Shown here: one piece after another, positions 48,799 to 60,300 of the stretch | Layout of the letters: every line of letters starts with the position of its first letter | How positions within the stretch are numbered: the stretch's first letter is position 1 | From: Rubripirellula sp. | GTDB taxonomy: Bacteria; Planctomycetota; Planctomycetia; Pirellulales; Pirellulaceae | Direction: 5' to 3' | DNA length: 64,000 bases | NCBI GenBank assembly: GCA_965216875.1 | Contig: OZ244207.1 | Span: forward strand, 4,320,001 to 4,384,000 | Notes under the pieces: model-generated | Told to the model about the DNA's origin: nothing | The model's input: only the letters and a program-made list of their open reading frames with translations | The model's database searches: none | Program-made: the position numbers and the translations under genes

Positions 48799-51646
48799 TT
48801 GCTTTACGATTGTCGCCGCCCTTGCGATCACTTGCGTTGGTCTCGGTGAGCGAGCGTTTGCTGAACAGAACGCCGATGAGCTGTTTGCAGAACGAGACTT
48901 CACTCTGAAGGTCTTGCCGCTGCTGAAATCGAAATGCCTCGGCTGCCATGGCGAAGACACTGCCGACATCAAGGGCGACTATGACGTCCGCACCCGCGAT
49001 GCGTTGGTCAAAGGTGGCGAATCGGGTGATGTAGCCATCGTCCCAGGCGATCCCGATGAAAGCCCGCTGATGTGGGCGGTCAAATGGGAAGGCCTTGAAA
49101 TGCCCCCGAAAGAAAACGACCGGCTGACCGAAGAACAGATCGAGGTCCTTGCCAATTGGATCAAAGCCGGTGCCGTCTGGCCGGATGAAGCGACTCAGGA
49201 AAAGCACCGCAAGGAAGCTCGCAGCGTCGCCGTCACTGACGAAGGCATGATCGTTTCAACGAGTGGCGGAACGAGCGAAGAATGGACCTTCCGACGCTAC
49301 GCCCCCGAAGACCTGTGGGCTTTCAAGCCTGTCAAACCAGCAGGCAAACCTACAGGAAACCCCGTCGACCACTTCGTTGGAAAACAACTCGGCGATGCCA
49401 ACGTCAAACCTGCCGATCAAGCGGACCCGCATACGCTGATTCGCCGCGCAACGTTCGATTTGATTGGTCTGCCGCCGACACCAGCCGAAGTCGAAGCTTT
49501 CATCACCGCATGGAACAAAGATGCCGACGCCGCTTGGTCCGACTTGATTGATCGCCTGCTGGCCAGCCCACACTACGGCGAACGTTGGGCACAGCATTGG
49601 CTCGATGTCAGTCGTTACGCCGACACCGGCGGCATGTCGAACGATTACGAACGCTCAAACATGTGGCGTTACCGCGACTATGTCGTTCGTTCATTCAATA
49701 GCGACAAACCGTACAACGAATTCGTCGTCGAACAAATCGCCGGTGATGAGCTTGCCGACCAATCGGTGCGTGAGCGAACTGGCGGTGACATGAAAAAGGT
49801 CTACGACGCACAGCTCAAGGGCGACTACAACCAGGAAGAATCCGAGTGGATTGTGGCCACTGGCTTCCTGCGTCTCGGACCTTGGGACAACGCAATGGTT
49901 GAAAAACCAGAAGCGCGTCAAATGTATTTGGATGATGTCGTCAACATCGTTGGACAAACGTTCTTGTCGACCACCATGCGATGCGTCAAATGCCACGACC
50001 ATAAGTTCGACCCGATTCCGACTCGCGACTACTACCGCATGTACGCCGCGTTTTCGACCACGCAAATGGCTGAACGGAACGTCCCGTTCTTGGAAAGCGA
50101 GAACCTCGAAGGGATGGAAAAGGGCAAGGCTCACGTCCAACAGATGCTTGACTTTGCGGTGACCGAAAAGAACAAGCTCGTCAACAAACGCGAAACCGCA
50201 GCCAAGAAATGGTACGAAGAGCACGGGTTGCCGTACAAAGACAATAACGCTCGCCAAGGCGACCCCGATGACAAGAAACCGCCACGACATGTGGGCCTCG
50301 ACCACGTCGACGAAGGCCAGCTGAAGGTTCGCGAACAAGACGAATGGATTTGGAAGCGACGTCTCGAACGCTACCAACCGATGGCACAAAGTGTTTACAA
50401 CGCGGGGAGTGCACAACTCGCATGGAACGGCGCTCGCAAGTTGCGAATCGATGGCAAAGCCGATCGCTCGGTCAAGCCAGACTCATACATCTTGACCGGT
50501 GGCGCACTCACTGCCCAAGGCGACAAGGTCGGACCAGGTGTCCTGAGTGCAACGGGACTGAAATCGAGTGATGGCGAAGACCCTTATGTGATTTCCGATG
50601 AAGTCTCGGGCCGCCGTCTCGCTTTGGCAAAATGGATCGCGAGCCCTGACAATCCACTGGTCGCGCGGTCGATCTGCAACCGCATTTGGCAGTACCACTT
50701 TGGCCGAGGAATCGCAAAGAATGCCAACAACTTTGGTGCAAAGGGAGCCAAGCCAACCCACCCCGAGCTGCTCGACTACTTGTCGGCCGACTTTGTCGAA
50801 GGTGGCTGGAAACTGAAGCGTTTGCATCGCGTCATCATGATGTCGGACACTTATCGCCGTAGTGCCGCACACCCTGATGCCAAGGAACTTGCCAACAGCG
50901 ATCCGAATAACGACTTGTTGGCGTATTTCCCCACACGCCGTATGACGGCCGAGGACATTCGCGACGCCATGCTTTCGGTGACCGGCGAATTGAACGATGC
51001 CGTGGGCGGACTTCCGGTGATGCCCGAAATCAACATGGAAGTCGCGTTGCAACCGCGAATGATTCAGTTTTCGCTGGCGCCGGCTTACCAACCATCGCCA
51101 ACGCCTACCGAACGTAATCGCCGAACCATTTACGCATACCGCGTACGCGGCCAAGCGGATCCGTTCCTTGAGCTTTTCAACCAACCCACGCCAAACGATT
51201 CTTGTGAACTACGTGATTCGGCTGCTGTGACACCGCAAGCGTTCACGTTGATGAATAGTGACGTCGTGACGGATCGCTCGATCGCGATGGCGATGCGACT
51301 GGAAAAGGAAGCCAGCGACGTGAAAGGCCAAGTCGCCAAAGCATTTGAACTGACGCTGGGACGTACACCGAGCGATGCCGAAGCCACTCGCATGGTCAAC
51401 TACGTCAATTCCATGCGTGACTACCACGCATCGATCAACCCCGCGAAGCCTGAATACCCGACCGAAATCACGCGATCTTTGGTCGAAGAGTTTTCGGGCG
51501 AGGTGTTCGAATACCAAGAGATCTTGCCGATCTTTGCTCAATACCAACCCGACAAGAAGGCAGGCGATGTGTCTGCCCAAACGCGAGCGTTGGCCGACCT
51601 CTGCTTGCTGTTGTTTAACACCAACGAGTTCATGTACGTGAACTAG
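48785..51646 (+). CDS. Planctomycete cytochrome c (PSCyt1) + DUF1549 + DUF1553/PSD1 protein
   Basis: CLGCH and CVKCHDHKFDPI heme motifs; LIRRATFDLIGLPPT, YGERWAQHWLDVSRYAD, PTHPELLDYL. Confidence 0.92.
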   Translation: MVSRSCFTIVAALAITCVGLGERAFAEQNADELFAERDFTLKVLPLLKSKCLGCHGEDTADIKGDYDVRTRDALVKGGESGDVAIVPGDPDESPLMWAVKWEGLEMPPKENDRLTEEQIEVLANWIKAGAVWPDEATQEKHRKEARSVAVTDEGMIVSTSGGTSEEWTFRRYAPEDLWAFKPVKPAGKPTGNPVDHFVGKQLGDANVKPADQADPHTLIRRATFDLIGLPPTPAEVEAFITAWNKDADAAWSDLIDRLLASPHYGERWAQHWLDVSRYADTGGMSNDYERSNMWRYRDYVVRSFNSDKPYNEFVVEQIAGDELADQSVRERTGGDMKKVYDAQLKGDYNQEESEWIVATGFLRLGPWDNAMVEKPEARQMYLDDVVNIVGQTFLSTTMRCVKCHDHKFDPIPTRDYYRMYAAFSTTQMAERNVPFLESENLEGMEKGKAHVQQMLDFAVTEKNKLVNKRETAAKKWYEEHGLPYKDNNARQGDPDDKKPPRHVGLDHVDEGQLKVREQDEWIWKRRLERYQPMAQSVYNAGSAQLAWNGARKLRIDGKADRSVKPDSYILTGGALTAQGDKVGPGVLSATGLKSSDGEDPYVISDEVSGRRLALAKWIASPDNPLVARSICNRIWQYHFGRGIAKNANNFGAKGAKPTHPELLDYLSADFVEGGWKLKRLHRVIMMSDTYRRSAAHPDAKELANSDPNNDLLAYFPTRRMTAEDIRDAMLSVTGELNDAVGGLPVMPEINMEVALQPRMIQFSLAPAYQPSPTPTERNRRTIYAYRVRGQADPFLELFNQPTPNDSCELRDSAAVTPQAFTLMNSDVVTDRSIAMAMRLEKEASDVKGQVAKAFELTLGRTPSDAEATRMVNYVNSMRDYHASINPAKPEYPTEITRSLVEEFSGEVFEYQEILPIFAQYQPDKKAGDVSAQTRALADLCLLLFNTNEFMYVN

Positions 51647-51705
51647 TTGGCCCCGCCCGAAACACAGAAACCAACAAACATTCTCAAAGACGCATAGGCC
51701 AAACG

Positions 51706-53094
51706 ATGAATCATCAAATGAACGAAGCACGACGTCGCTTCCTTTACGGACTTGGCGCCTCGTTAGGATCGGTCGCCTTCTCATCGCTGCTTGCAGATGA
51801 ACTTGCCCCACTCGCGCCAAAGAAGCCCATGGGCGAGGCGAAGGCCAAGTCGGTCATCATGTTGTTCATGGAAGGTGGCCCCGGCCATATGGACACCTTT
51901 GATCCGAAACCTGAACTCACGCGGCTGCACAAAACCGAGTCCAAGTTGACCGGCACGCTCGAAAAGGGATTCAAATTCTTTGTCGGCAGCCCCTTCAAAT
52001 TCAATAAGGTTGGCGACAACGGGATCGAAATGTGCGATCAATGGAAGCACCTTTCCGATCCAGAAGTTGCCAACGAGCTTTGCAACTTCCGTGGCTGTCA
52101 GGCTGAATCACTCAATCACCCCGAAGCGTTGTTCCACATGAACACGGGCAGCCGGCTCGGTGGCGACCCAGCAATCGGTTCTTGGGCGACGTACGGACTC
52201 GGTACCGTCAATCAGAATCTGCCCGGTTACGTCGTGATGACCGAACTGGCTTACCCACAAGGCGGCGCAACGAACTGGAGCAACGGGTTCCTGCCCGCGC
52301 ACTACCAAGGAACTCGCTTGCGTCCCGAAGGATCGCCGCTGCTTGACCTCGCATCACAGTCGTTCAAATCACGCGAGCACCAACGTAAGGCGTTAGACGA
52401 ACTCGCATTCTTGAACGGCCAACACCTCGAAGCTGCACAGGGGGCAACCGACCATCTCTCGGCTCGCATGGAAAGCTATGAGCTGGCTTACCGAATGCAA
52501 TCGGAAGTTCCTGGCGTGATTGACTTGGGACAGGAGTCGCAAGAAACAAAAGACCTTTACGGCCTGGATAACCCTGACACCGAAACGTTCGGTCGCCAAT
52601 GCCTGATGGCTCGACGTTTGGTCGAGAGTGGCGTGCGGTTCGTCCAGATCTTCAGTGGTGGTTGGGACAGTCACGACTACCTTGAACGTGGCCACTCGTC
52701 GCGTATCCGCAGCGTCGACAAGCCGATGGCTGCTTTGATCAAAGACCTCAAACGCCGCGGCATGCTCGAAGACACGCTGGTCGTGTGGACGGGCGAATTT
52801 GGCCGGACGCCTGACAACAATAAGCGTGGCGGAGTCTACTCGCTCGGCCGCGGCCACAACCAAAAGGCGATGACCATGCTGATGGCTGGCGGTGGCGTCA
52901 AACCTGGTGTGGTCGGCGGCACTGACGAGATTGGGGCGTCGGCCGTCGAATGTGTCCACCCGATTCGCGACGTGCACGTCACCCTGCTGCATCTGCTTGG
53001 GTTGGACGACAACAAGTTGACTTACTTCCACGGCGGCCGCTTCAAACAGCTCAGTCAATTCGGCGGCGAAGTCATCAAGGAAATGATCGCTTGA
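51706..53094 (+). CDS. DUF1501 family protein
   Basis: Tat-like RRRFL; AKSVIMLFMEGGPGHMDTFDPKP, ARRLVESGVRFVQ, WTGEFGRTP. Confidence 0.92.
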   Translation: MNHQMNEARRRFLYGLGASLGSVAFSSLLADELAPLAPKKPMGEAKAKSVIMLFMEGGPGHMDTFDPKPELTRLHKTESKLTGTLEKGFKFFVGSPFKFNKVGDNGIEMCDQWKHLSDPEVANELCNFRGCQAESLNHPEALFHMNTGSRLGGDPAIGSWATYGLGTVNQNLPGYVVMTELAYPQGGATNWSNGFLPAHYQGTRLRPEGSPLLDLASQSFKSREHQRKALDELAFLNGQHLEAAQGATDHLSARMESYELAYRMQSEVPGVIDLGQESQETKDLYGLDNPDTETFGRQCLMARRLVESGVRFVQIFSGGWDSHDYLERGHSSRIRSVDKPMAALIKDLKRRGMLEDTLVVWTGEFGRTPDNNKRGGVYSLGRGHNQKAMTMLMAGGGVKPGVVGGTDEIGASAVECVHPIRDVHVTLLHLLGLDDNKLTYFHGGRFKQLSQFGGEVIKEMIA

Positions 53095-53128
53095 TCAAGC
53101 GATCCGGTCGCTGACCTATAATCGGGGG

Positions 53129-55171
53129 ATGCCTTCACAACGCTTCCGCCGATCTGTCATTGCGTTCATCGCCCTGATTCTCGCCTTGGGACTCGGGGCA
53201 ATTGTCGTGGCGTACAAGTCCGCGCGTGATCTGGATGCGAAACGAGACCAAGCGATCCACCAACTGCGTGCTGCTGGCGCAAGCATTGTCTTTAGTGACG
53301 ATGATCGGTCGATCGATTCGGTCACCTTTACATTCAACAAGCTTACCTTCGAAGGCCTGTTGCCCATCTTGGATGTTGGCAGCATCAAGTCACTTGATTT
53401 TGATGCAAGCCCCGCGGTCAACGACGAATTCTTGAGAATCGTTGCCCACTTAAGCGATCTCGAATCGCTCAATCTTGGCGGGACACGAGTGACCGACGTC
53501 GGACTCGCTGAACTCGCGTCGCTTAAGAAACTCCGCAAACTCTACCTCTGGCGCACCACCGTCAGCGAAGAAGGTTTGCAGTCGCTCGTTCAACTCAAGA
53601 GGCTCGAACACCTCAACGTTTGGGACACCAACACATCTGACTTTCTCTTTGACGAAGTGCTCGGCGAGCTCCCGCAACTCCGAACGGTCTATGTCGGCAA
53701 TTCGCCTGAACCCAACTCGGCCTTTCGCCAGCGAACACCTCCCTGGCACTGCACGATCACCGAGCAAGGCGTCGCATCCTTTCGCAGCCTGCACCCTGAC
53801 ATCGAGGTTGTCTATTGGCAAGAAGATGCCCGCGAGACTCCCCAGATCCCAGTTCAACAAGCAGTGCAAGACGATTATCGGGTCGCCCTTTCGAGCTCGC
53901 ACCAACCCGAGAGCATCGCGAGCGCAGATTGGCCCAATTTCCTGGGCTTGAATCGCGACGCAACCGCCGCGCAAACCGAGTTGCACACCGAATGGAACGC
54001 CATGCCTCCACAATTGGTTTGGCAACGCAACTGTGGCGAGGGGCTCTCGGCACCTTCGATCAAAGAAGGCAAGCTCGTTTTCACACACCGAATCGAGGAC
54101 AGAGAACAAGTCGTTTGCCTCGATTCACAATCGGGAAAAACCGTTTGGGTCGGCGAATCGTCAGCAACCTACGTCGACCCACTGGGCTACAGCAACGGTC
54201 CCCGCTCAACGCCAACAATCGACGAAGACTGTGTCTACGTTGTGTCCGCCGATGGTGTCCTGCGTTGCCTGGCGATGGACGACGGCAAACAGCGATGGCG
54301 ATGCGCGACAAGTTCCCGCTTTCAAGTTCCCGGCAGCATGTATGGCGTGGGGACGTCGCCAACCATTCACGATGACTTGCTGTTGATGATCGTGGGGGGC
54401 ACCCATGTCGTCGATAAGCAGAGCCAACCAGCCGGCATCGTTGCCTTCGACAAGCGAACCGGCGACGTTGTCTATAGCCTTGGCGACTACCAGGCCAGCT
54501 ATGCCTCGATCCAAATCATCGAAGACTCGGACGAGGCCTTAGGCGTTGCGTTTGTTCGTGAAGGTTTGTTGCTTTTTGATGTTCGCAGCGGCGTCGAACT
54601 GGACATGTTGCCCTGGGCCGCGCGCGTCAGCGGCTGCGTCAATGCTGCAACACCATTGATCTGCGAGAATGAATTCTTGATTAGCGAAGCGTATGGGCCG
54701 GGTAGCGCGCTGGTGCGAGTCACTCCGTCAAAACGCCTCAAAATCGTCTGGCGTGATCCCGAGCGATCACGCGAGCGTTCCATGCGATCGCACTGGGCCA
54801 CGCCGATCAAAGTGGGTGATTTCGTTTTTGGATGCAGTGGACGTCATTCGTCCGAGGGGAACCTTCGCTGCATTCGGTGGTCCACCGGTGAACTGATGTG
54901 GCGAGACAAACAGAGTTGCCTCAGTTCCCTTTGTGCGACCGACGACCACCTCATTAACCTGAGCGAAGATGGCGTGATTGAGTTGGTTCGTGCCGATCAC
55001 GAACTCTTTCAACGTCTTGCCAGCTTCCGCCCCAATCTTGCAGGCGCGGCGGCAAGTCCGGAGGATGCTTCGCTCCTGAATTACCCCGCTTGGGCCGCCC
55101 CGGTGATCGCTCATGGACGACTCATTGTTCGCGGCAAAGACCGAATCGCGTCGTTCAAGATCACCCAATGA
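53129..55171 (+). CDS. LRR + PQQ-type (BamB-like) beta-propeller fusion protein
   Basis: N-terminal TM, LRRs (LESLNLGGTRVTDVGL), then DWPNFLG...GPRSTPTI...WAAPVIAHGRLIVR. Confidence 0.85.
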   Translation: MPSQRFRRSVIAFIALILALGLGAIVVAYKSARDLDAKRDQAIHQLRAAGASIVFSDDDRSIDSVTFTFNKLTFEGLLPILDVGSIKSLDFDASPAVNDEFLRIVAHLSDLESLNLGGTRVTDVGLAELASLKKLRKLYLWRTTVSEEGLQSLVQLKRLEHLNVWDTNTSDFLFDEVLGELPQLRTVYVGNSPEPNSAFRQRTPPWHCTITEQGVASFRSLHPDIEVVYWQEDARETPQIPVQQAVQDDYRVALSSSHQPESIASADWPNFLGLNRDATAAQTELHTEWNAMPPQLVWQRNCGEGLSAPSIKEGKLVFTHRIEDREQVVCLDSQSGKTVWVGESSATYVDPLGYSNGPRSTPTIDEDCVYVVSADGVLRCLAMDDGKQRWRCATSSRFQVPGSMYGVGTSPTIHDDLLLMIVGGTHVVDKQSQPAGIVAFDKRTGDVVYSLGDYQASYASIQIIEDSDEALGVAFVREGLLLFDVRSGVELDMLPWAARVSGCVNAATPLICENEFLISEAYGPGSALVRVTPSKRLKIVWRDPERSRERSMRSHWATPIKVGDFVFGCSGRHSSEGNLRCIRWSTGELMWRDKQSCLSSLCATDDHLINLSEDGVIELVRADHELFQRLASFRPNLAGAAASPEDASLLNYPAWAAPVIAHGRLIVRGKDRIASFKITQ

Positions 55172-55210
55172 ACAGCATGGCAGATTACGAATTGCCAGCC
55201 GCGACGATGA

Positions 55211-55750
55211 CTACTTTGCTTTCGGGCGAAAGGCGACAAGCCGCTCAGGATCCGTTTCAAGAAACGGACCTTCGATCAGGTCGATGCAATAGGGAATCGC
55301 CGGAAAGACCGCGTCCAAGCACTCGGCAATCGCCTTCGGTTTGCCTGGCAGATTAACGATCAACGAACTGCCGCGAATCCCGGCGGTCTGGCGTGAGAGG
55401 ATCGCCGTGGCAACCTTTTGCAATGACACTTGGCGCATCAATTCGCCAAACCCGTGCATCATCTTGTCGCAAACCGCTTCGGTCGCTTCTGGCGTCACAT
55501 CACGTTTTGCCGGCCCCGTTCCTCCGGTCGTGATGACCAAACAACAACCCTCGTCATCACAAAGCGATTTCATGGTCGATTCGATCAGACTTTGATCATC
55601 GGAAATGATCTTCGAAACGGGTTCCCATGGACTCGTGAGGACCTCATCGAGGTAGTCCCGAATCGCGGGCCCACCCAGGTCTTCGTATTCGCCACGACTG
55701 GCGCGGTCCGAAACGGTCAAAACACCGATACGTGCAGTTTTTGAATTCAA
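55211..55750 (-). CDS. mog: Molybdopterin adenylyltransferase
   Basis: TVSDRASRGEYEDLGGP, TTGGTGPAKRDVTPEAT, ILSRQTAGIRG, NLPGKPKAI. Confidence 0.95.
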   Translation of the reverse strand: MNSKTARIGVLTVSDRASRGEYEDLGGPAIRDYLDEVLTSPWEPVSKIISDDQSLIESTMKSLCDDEGCCLVITTGGTGPAKRDVTPEATEAVCDKMMHGFGELMRQVSLQKVATAILSRQTAGIRGSSLIVNLPGKPKAIAECLDAVFPAIPYCIDLIEGPFLETDPERLVAFRPKAK

Positions 55751-55799
55751 AGCGATGTCCTAAAACACTCACCAACGCGAAAGCGCGGCCTTTTCATGA

Positions 55800-57209
55800 T
55801 CACTTGGCGAAGTCGGGATTCGGTTTTGGCAGTTTGGCGCTGATGCGGTCGAGTTCGGCCGACAACAACGCATCGAGCTCGGCCGCTTTGTCCGACATCT
55901 CTCGCACCAAGTTCTTTGACTCGGCAAGATCGTCTTTCAAGTTGTACAACTCGACCGGCCCCTCATACCAACGAATCAGTTTCCAGTCGCCCGAACGAAT
56001 GATCGAATAGGGACCGGGGGCGTGTCGATAGTGCGGGAAGTGCCAATAGATCGCTTCGCGTCCGAGAGGCTTCGTCCCACTCGACTTGAGGTGAGACCAT
56101 AGCGAAAGACCGTCGATCGGAACATCGGGCGCCGCCACACGGGCGGCTTCGCAAACCGTTGGCAAATAGTCGACACTTGAAATGGGCTCGCTCGATTCGA
56201 CACCTTCAGGCAACGTCCCTGGCCATGACACGATCGCCGGAACGCGGATGCCGCCTTCGTAGGCGTAACCTTTGCCACTACGCAACGGAGCGTTGTTGGT
56301 TGGACCGAGCAAACCGCCGTTGTCCGACGTAAAGATAACGAGCGTGTTGGATGCTTTGCCGGTCTCCTCGAGCGTCTTTACGATCATGCCAACCGCATCG
56401 TCGACACTTTCTACCATCGCCGCATACTTTGCGTTGTTCTTTGTCTTGCCCTCGCGTTCATATTTCGCGGCGACCTCATCGATCGCTTGGATCGGAGTGT
56501 GAACCGCATAGGGGCAGTAGTACAAGAAAAACGGCTTGTCGCTTTGATTGCGAATGAATCGACTCGCTTCGTCGCCCTCACGATGAGTCAAGAATTCGCC
56601 TTCTTTGCGCGGCTCGAGTTGACCATCAAGGCTATACCGCTTGTGAAAGTAGGGATCAAAGTAGCTTGGTGGTTGACCAATATCACACCCCGCGATGTTG
56701 ACATCGAATCCTTGCGATGTCGGATACCAGTCGGGATCGCCGAGATGCCACTTGCCAACGAAGCATGTGCTGTAGCCATTGTCACTGAGGACCTCGGCGA
56801 GTGTGACCTCCTTGTGCTCCATCCAATAGGGGTTCGGCGGGCAAAGTAGTTTGCGGTTTTTGCCACCAACGTATTCGGTCGGATTCACTTCGGGCGTGCC
56901 AATACCGCCTCGTTGAAACCGCGCTCGAATCCAATCAGTCACACCAACGCGTCCAGGCCAACGTCCCGTCATCACCGCAGCACGCGTTGGACTGCAGACC
57001 GCACAGGCCGCGTACGCGTCGGTAAAGCGAGTTCCTTTTTCAGCCAACCGATCAATGTTGGGCGTTTTGAAATAGTCGCTGCCCTGGCACGACAAGTCCA
57101 TCCATCCCATGTCGTCGACTAGGATCATCACCACGTTTGGCTTGGTGTCTGCCTTTGCAAGTTGGCAAAACACAAGCAACAACAGCAGGGAGAAACCGAT
57201 CTTGTTCAT
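55800..57209 (-). CDS. Sulfatase (FGly-dependent, S1 type), exported
   Basis: KPNVVMILVDDMG, CSPTRAAVMTG, GKWHLG, FTSDNGG, YEGGIRVP. Confidence 0.95.
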   Translation of the reverse strand: MNKIGFSLLLLLVFCQLAKADTKPNVVMILVDDMGWMDLSCQGSDYFKTPNIDRLAEKGTRFTDAYAACAVCSPTRAAVMTGRWPGRVGVTDWIRARFQRGGIGTPEVNPTEYVGGKNRKLLCPPNPYWMEHKEVTLAEVLSDNGYSTCFVGKWHLGDPDWYPTSQGFDVNIAGCDIGQPPSYFDPYFHKRYSLDGQLEPRKEGEFLTHREGDEASRFIRNQSDKPFFLYYCPYAVHTPIQAIDEVAAKYEREGKTKNNAKYAAMVESVDDAVGMIVKTLEETGKASNTLVIFTSDNGGLLGPTNNAPLRSGKGYAYEGGIRVPAIVSWPGTLPEGVESSEPISSVDYLPTVCEAARVAAPDVPIDGLSLWSHLKSSGTKPLGREAIYWHFPHYRHAPGPYSIIRSGDWKLIRWYEGPVELYNLKDDLAESKNLVREMSDKAAELDALLSAELDRISAKLPKPNPDFAK

Positions 57210-57368
57210 CACGCTCTCGTCATAGAATTCAAGGCCTCCCCTCAATGCCGCGAGCATCGCGTGCAAAAAAGGATCGAGACAACCGAAGATTCGCGAATTC
57301 TAGCCGATCCGATTCAGAGAGGCACCGGCAGTGATACCTGACGGCCAAATGCCTCGATAAATCGAGCG

Positions 57369-60300
57369 TTAGGTTCCGAGGTGGTCTTCGATGGCACGAA
57401 CGACTTTGGAGACCGCGGATTTGAGTTGATCCATGACCGGCGGTGCTTCCGACAGGGCACCACGGCCACCGATCTGCTCGAGCGATTCGGCAACCGCAAC
57501 CACGCCAATCGCCCCCACGGACATCGACGCACCTTTGAGTGTATGGGCCGTGCGATGCAAATCATGCCCCGACTCAGACTGAATCGCTCCTTCGATCTCA
57601 CGCAGCAACTTGCTGCTCTCGCCCAGATAGATCTTTAGCAGTTCGTCCAACAGGCCTTGGTCACCACCTACGGTCACTTTGGCGTGTTCCCAATCGATCA
57701 CGTCCGCGATGTCGACACCCGCTTTGGCTTCGTCTTCTTCGTGAGCGACCAAGACGGAAAGATCGGGGCGTCCCGATGTGCTTAGCGTCCCGCGTCCCTG
57801 AAGCACCTTGGCCAGCTTTTCGCAAAGTACCGTGATGCGAATCGGCTTGGCGACATATTCGTCCATTCCGATTTCGAGGCACTTTTCGCGGTCCCCTTTC
57901 ATCGCGTGTGCGGTCATCGCGATGATCGGCACCCGCTCTCCGGTTTTCTCTTCGCGATGGCGAATCGCCTCGGTTGCAGCGAAGCCGTCCATCACTGGCA
58001 TTTGCACATCCATAAGCACAACATCAAACGGTTCACGACCGAGTGCGTCGACCGCCTGTTGGCCGTTTTCGACAACCGTCACCTCGTGACCAAAACGATC
58101 GAGCACGCCCACAGCAAGGCGTTGATTGATCACGTTGTCTTCGGCAAGCAACACCTTCAATTCGCCAATGCTGCTGACCAACTCCTCGTCATACTCAAAC
58201 GCCGTTTCGTCTTCAGGAGCTGTCACGCCCAATGTTCGCACGATGGCGTCGAACAACTCACTTTGCTTGACGGGCTTCATCAATCGTTCCGAGATGCCGA
58301 GCCGGTCTCGGATGACGCTGTCGCCGTCGCGTCCGCCGCTGGTCAAAATAATGATGGGTGTCGCAGCGATGTTCTTGTCTTCGATCACTTGCTCAACAAA
58401 GTCATACCCGCTCATCTCTGGCATGTTGACATCGCTGATCACCAGACCGAAGGGCTCGCCGTCACTCGCCGCGCCGCGCAACTCCTCGATGGCGACATCG
58501 CCGCTGGGGGCGAGGATCGGTTTCATCCCCCAGTTGCTCAACATCTCGTCCAGGATTTTGCGATTGGTTTCGTTGTCGTCAACAACCAACACTCGAGTGC
58601 CACCGACGTAGACCAGGCCTTTGTTGGACTGCTGCTCGACATCTTCGGGAGCCGAGTCGAGTGTGATTTCGAACGTGAACTTGCTGCCTTCGTTCACTTC
58701 GCTTGACACATCGATCGTCCCGCCCATCAAGCGGACCAGACGTGATGAAATGGCAAGCCCCAAACCGGTCCCGCCAAATCGACGCGTCGTTGAGGTGTCG
58801 GCCTGTTCGAACTCCTCAAAAATCGTCGCACACTTTTCTTCGGGGATTCCAATTCCGGTATCACGAACACAGAACCGCAAATGGACGTCTTTGTCGTTTG
58901 CCGCAACGCAATCCACGTCGACGACGACTTCACCCTTCTCGGTGAACTTGACTGCATTGCCGACCAAATTGACGATGATCTGCCGCAATCGTCCTGCGTC
59001 GCCGATAACGTACCGGGGCGCGTTGGGGTCGACACGAAACGCAAGTTCCAACCCTTTGGCATGCGCTTTCAATGCGAGCGTCTTCATCGTGTCGCCCAAG
59101 CTCTCACGCAAGTCGAAGATGCGTGATTCAATATCAAGCTTGCCGGCCTCGATCTTCGAAAAGTCCAAAATGTCGTTGATGACCGAAAGCAGTGACTCGC
59201 CCGACTCCTGCACCATCAGCAAAAAGTTTCGTTGATTGGCATCGAGTCGCGTGTCGAGCACCAGATCGGTCATCCCGATGATGGCGTTCATTGGCGTGCG
59301 AATCTCGTGGCTCATATTGGCTAAGAAGTCGCTTTTCGCTTGATTGGCTTTGTCCGCGATCTCTTTGGCGGAGATGATCTCCTTTTCCGATTTCTTTCGT
59401 TCAGTGATATCGTGACCAATTCCGACGACACCGATCACTTCACCGTCGCTATTGCGCAGAGGGACCTTCGTGGTCAGCAACCAAATGGGAGGACCGTCTT
59501 CGCCTTGGTGCGACTCTTCCCGATCCATCAACGGCTCGCCACTTCGCATCACGTTTTGATCGTCCGTGACGTAATTGCATGCCATTTCGGGCACGGAGAA
59601 ATCGTAGTCCGTCTTGCCGGCCATCTGAGCAGGCGAATCGAGGTTCAATCGATTCAGCAATGCTGCATTGGCTGTGATGAATCGTCCATAACGATCTTTG
59701 ACGTAGATCAAGTCGGGCACGTTGTCGATGATCGTCTTGAGCAGATCGCGTTCGCGTGCAAGTTCCTCTTCGGCACGTTTTTGCTCGGAAACGTCACGTG
59801 AAATGCCAAACGTGCCGATCAGCTTTCCGTCCTGATCTTTCAACGGCACCTTCGTCGTGCTGCACCAAGTATCTTCCTGGTCGGGATAAGTCTCGCGTTC
59901 AATCTTGGCAAGGATTGCTTCACCCGATTCCATGATCCGTCGCTCGTCGGACAACGCCGACTTGGCGTGCGCAGAACTGAAGAAATCAGCGTCGGATTTT
60001 CCAATGGCGTCGCGAGGGTCGCTCAGACCAAACTTGCGAGCACAGCTTCGGCTCAATCGAATGAACCGGCTATCGGCATCTTTGAAGTAGACCGAATCGG
60101 GTACGGTCTCCAAGAGAATCGACAACAAGAACTTTTCGAACTCAATTTGATGTTCGGCATTCTTCTTGTCGGTCACATCCCAGAATAGAACCTGGATTCC
60201 AATCACATCGCCGTGCGATCCATGTACGGGAGCCTTCCACACCTCGACATGATGCTGGCTGCCGTCGGCACTCTGGTGCCGCTCCACATCGTGATGCAAC

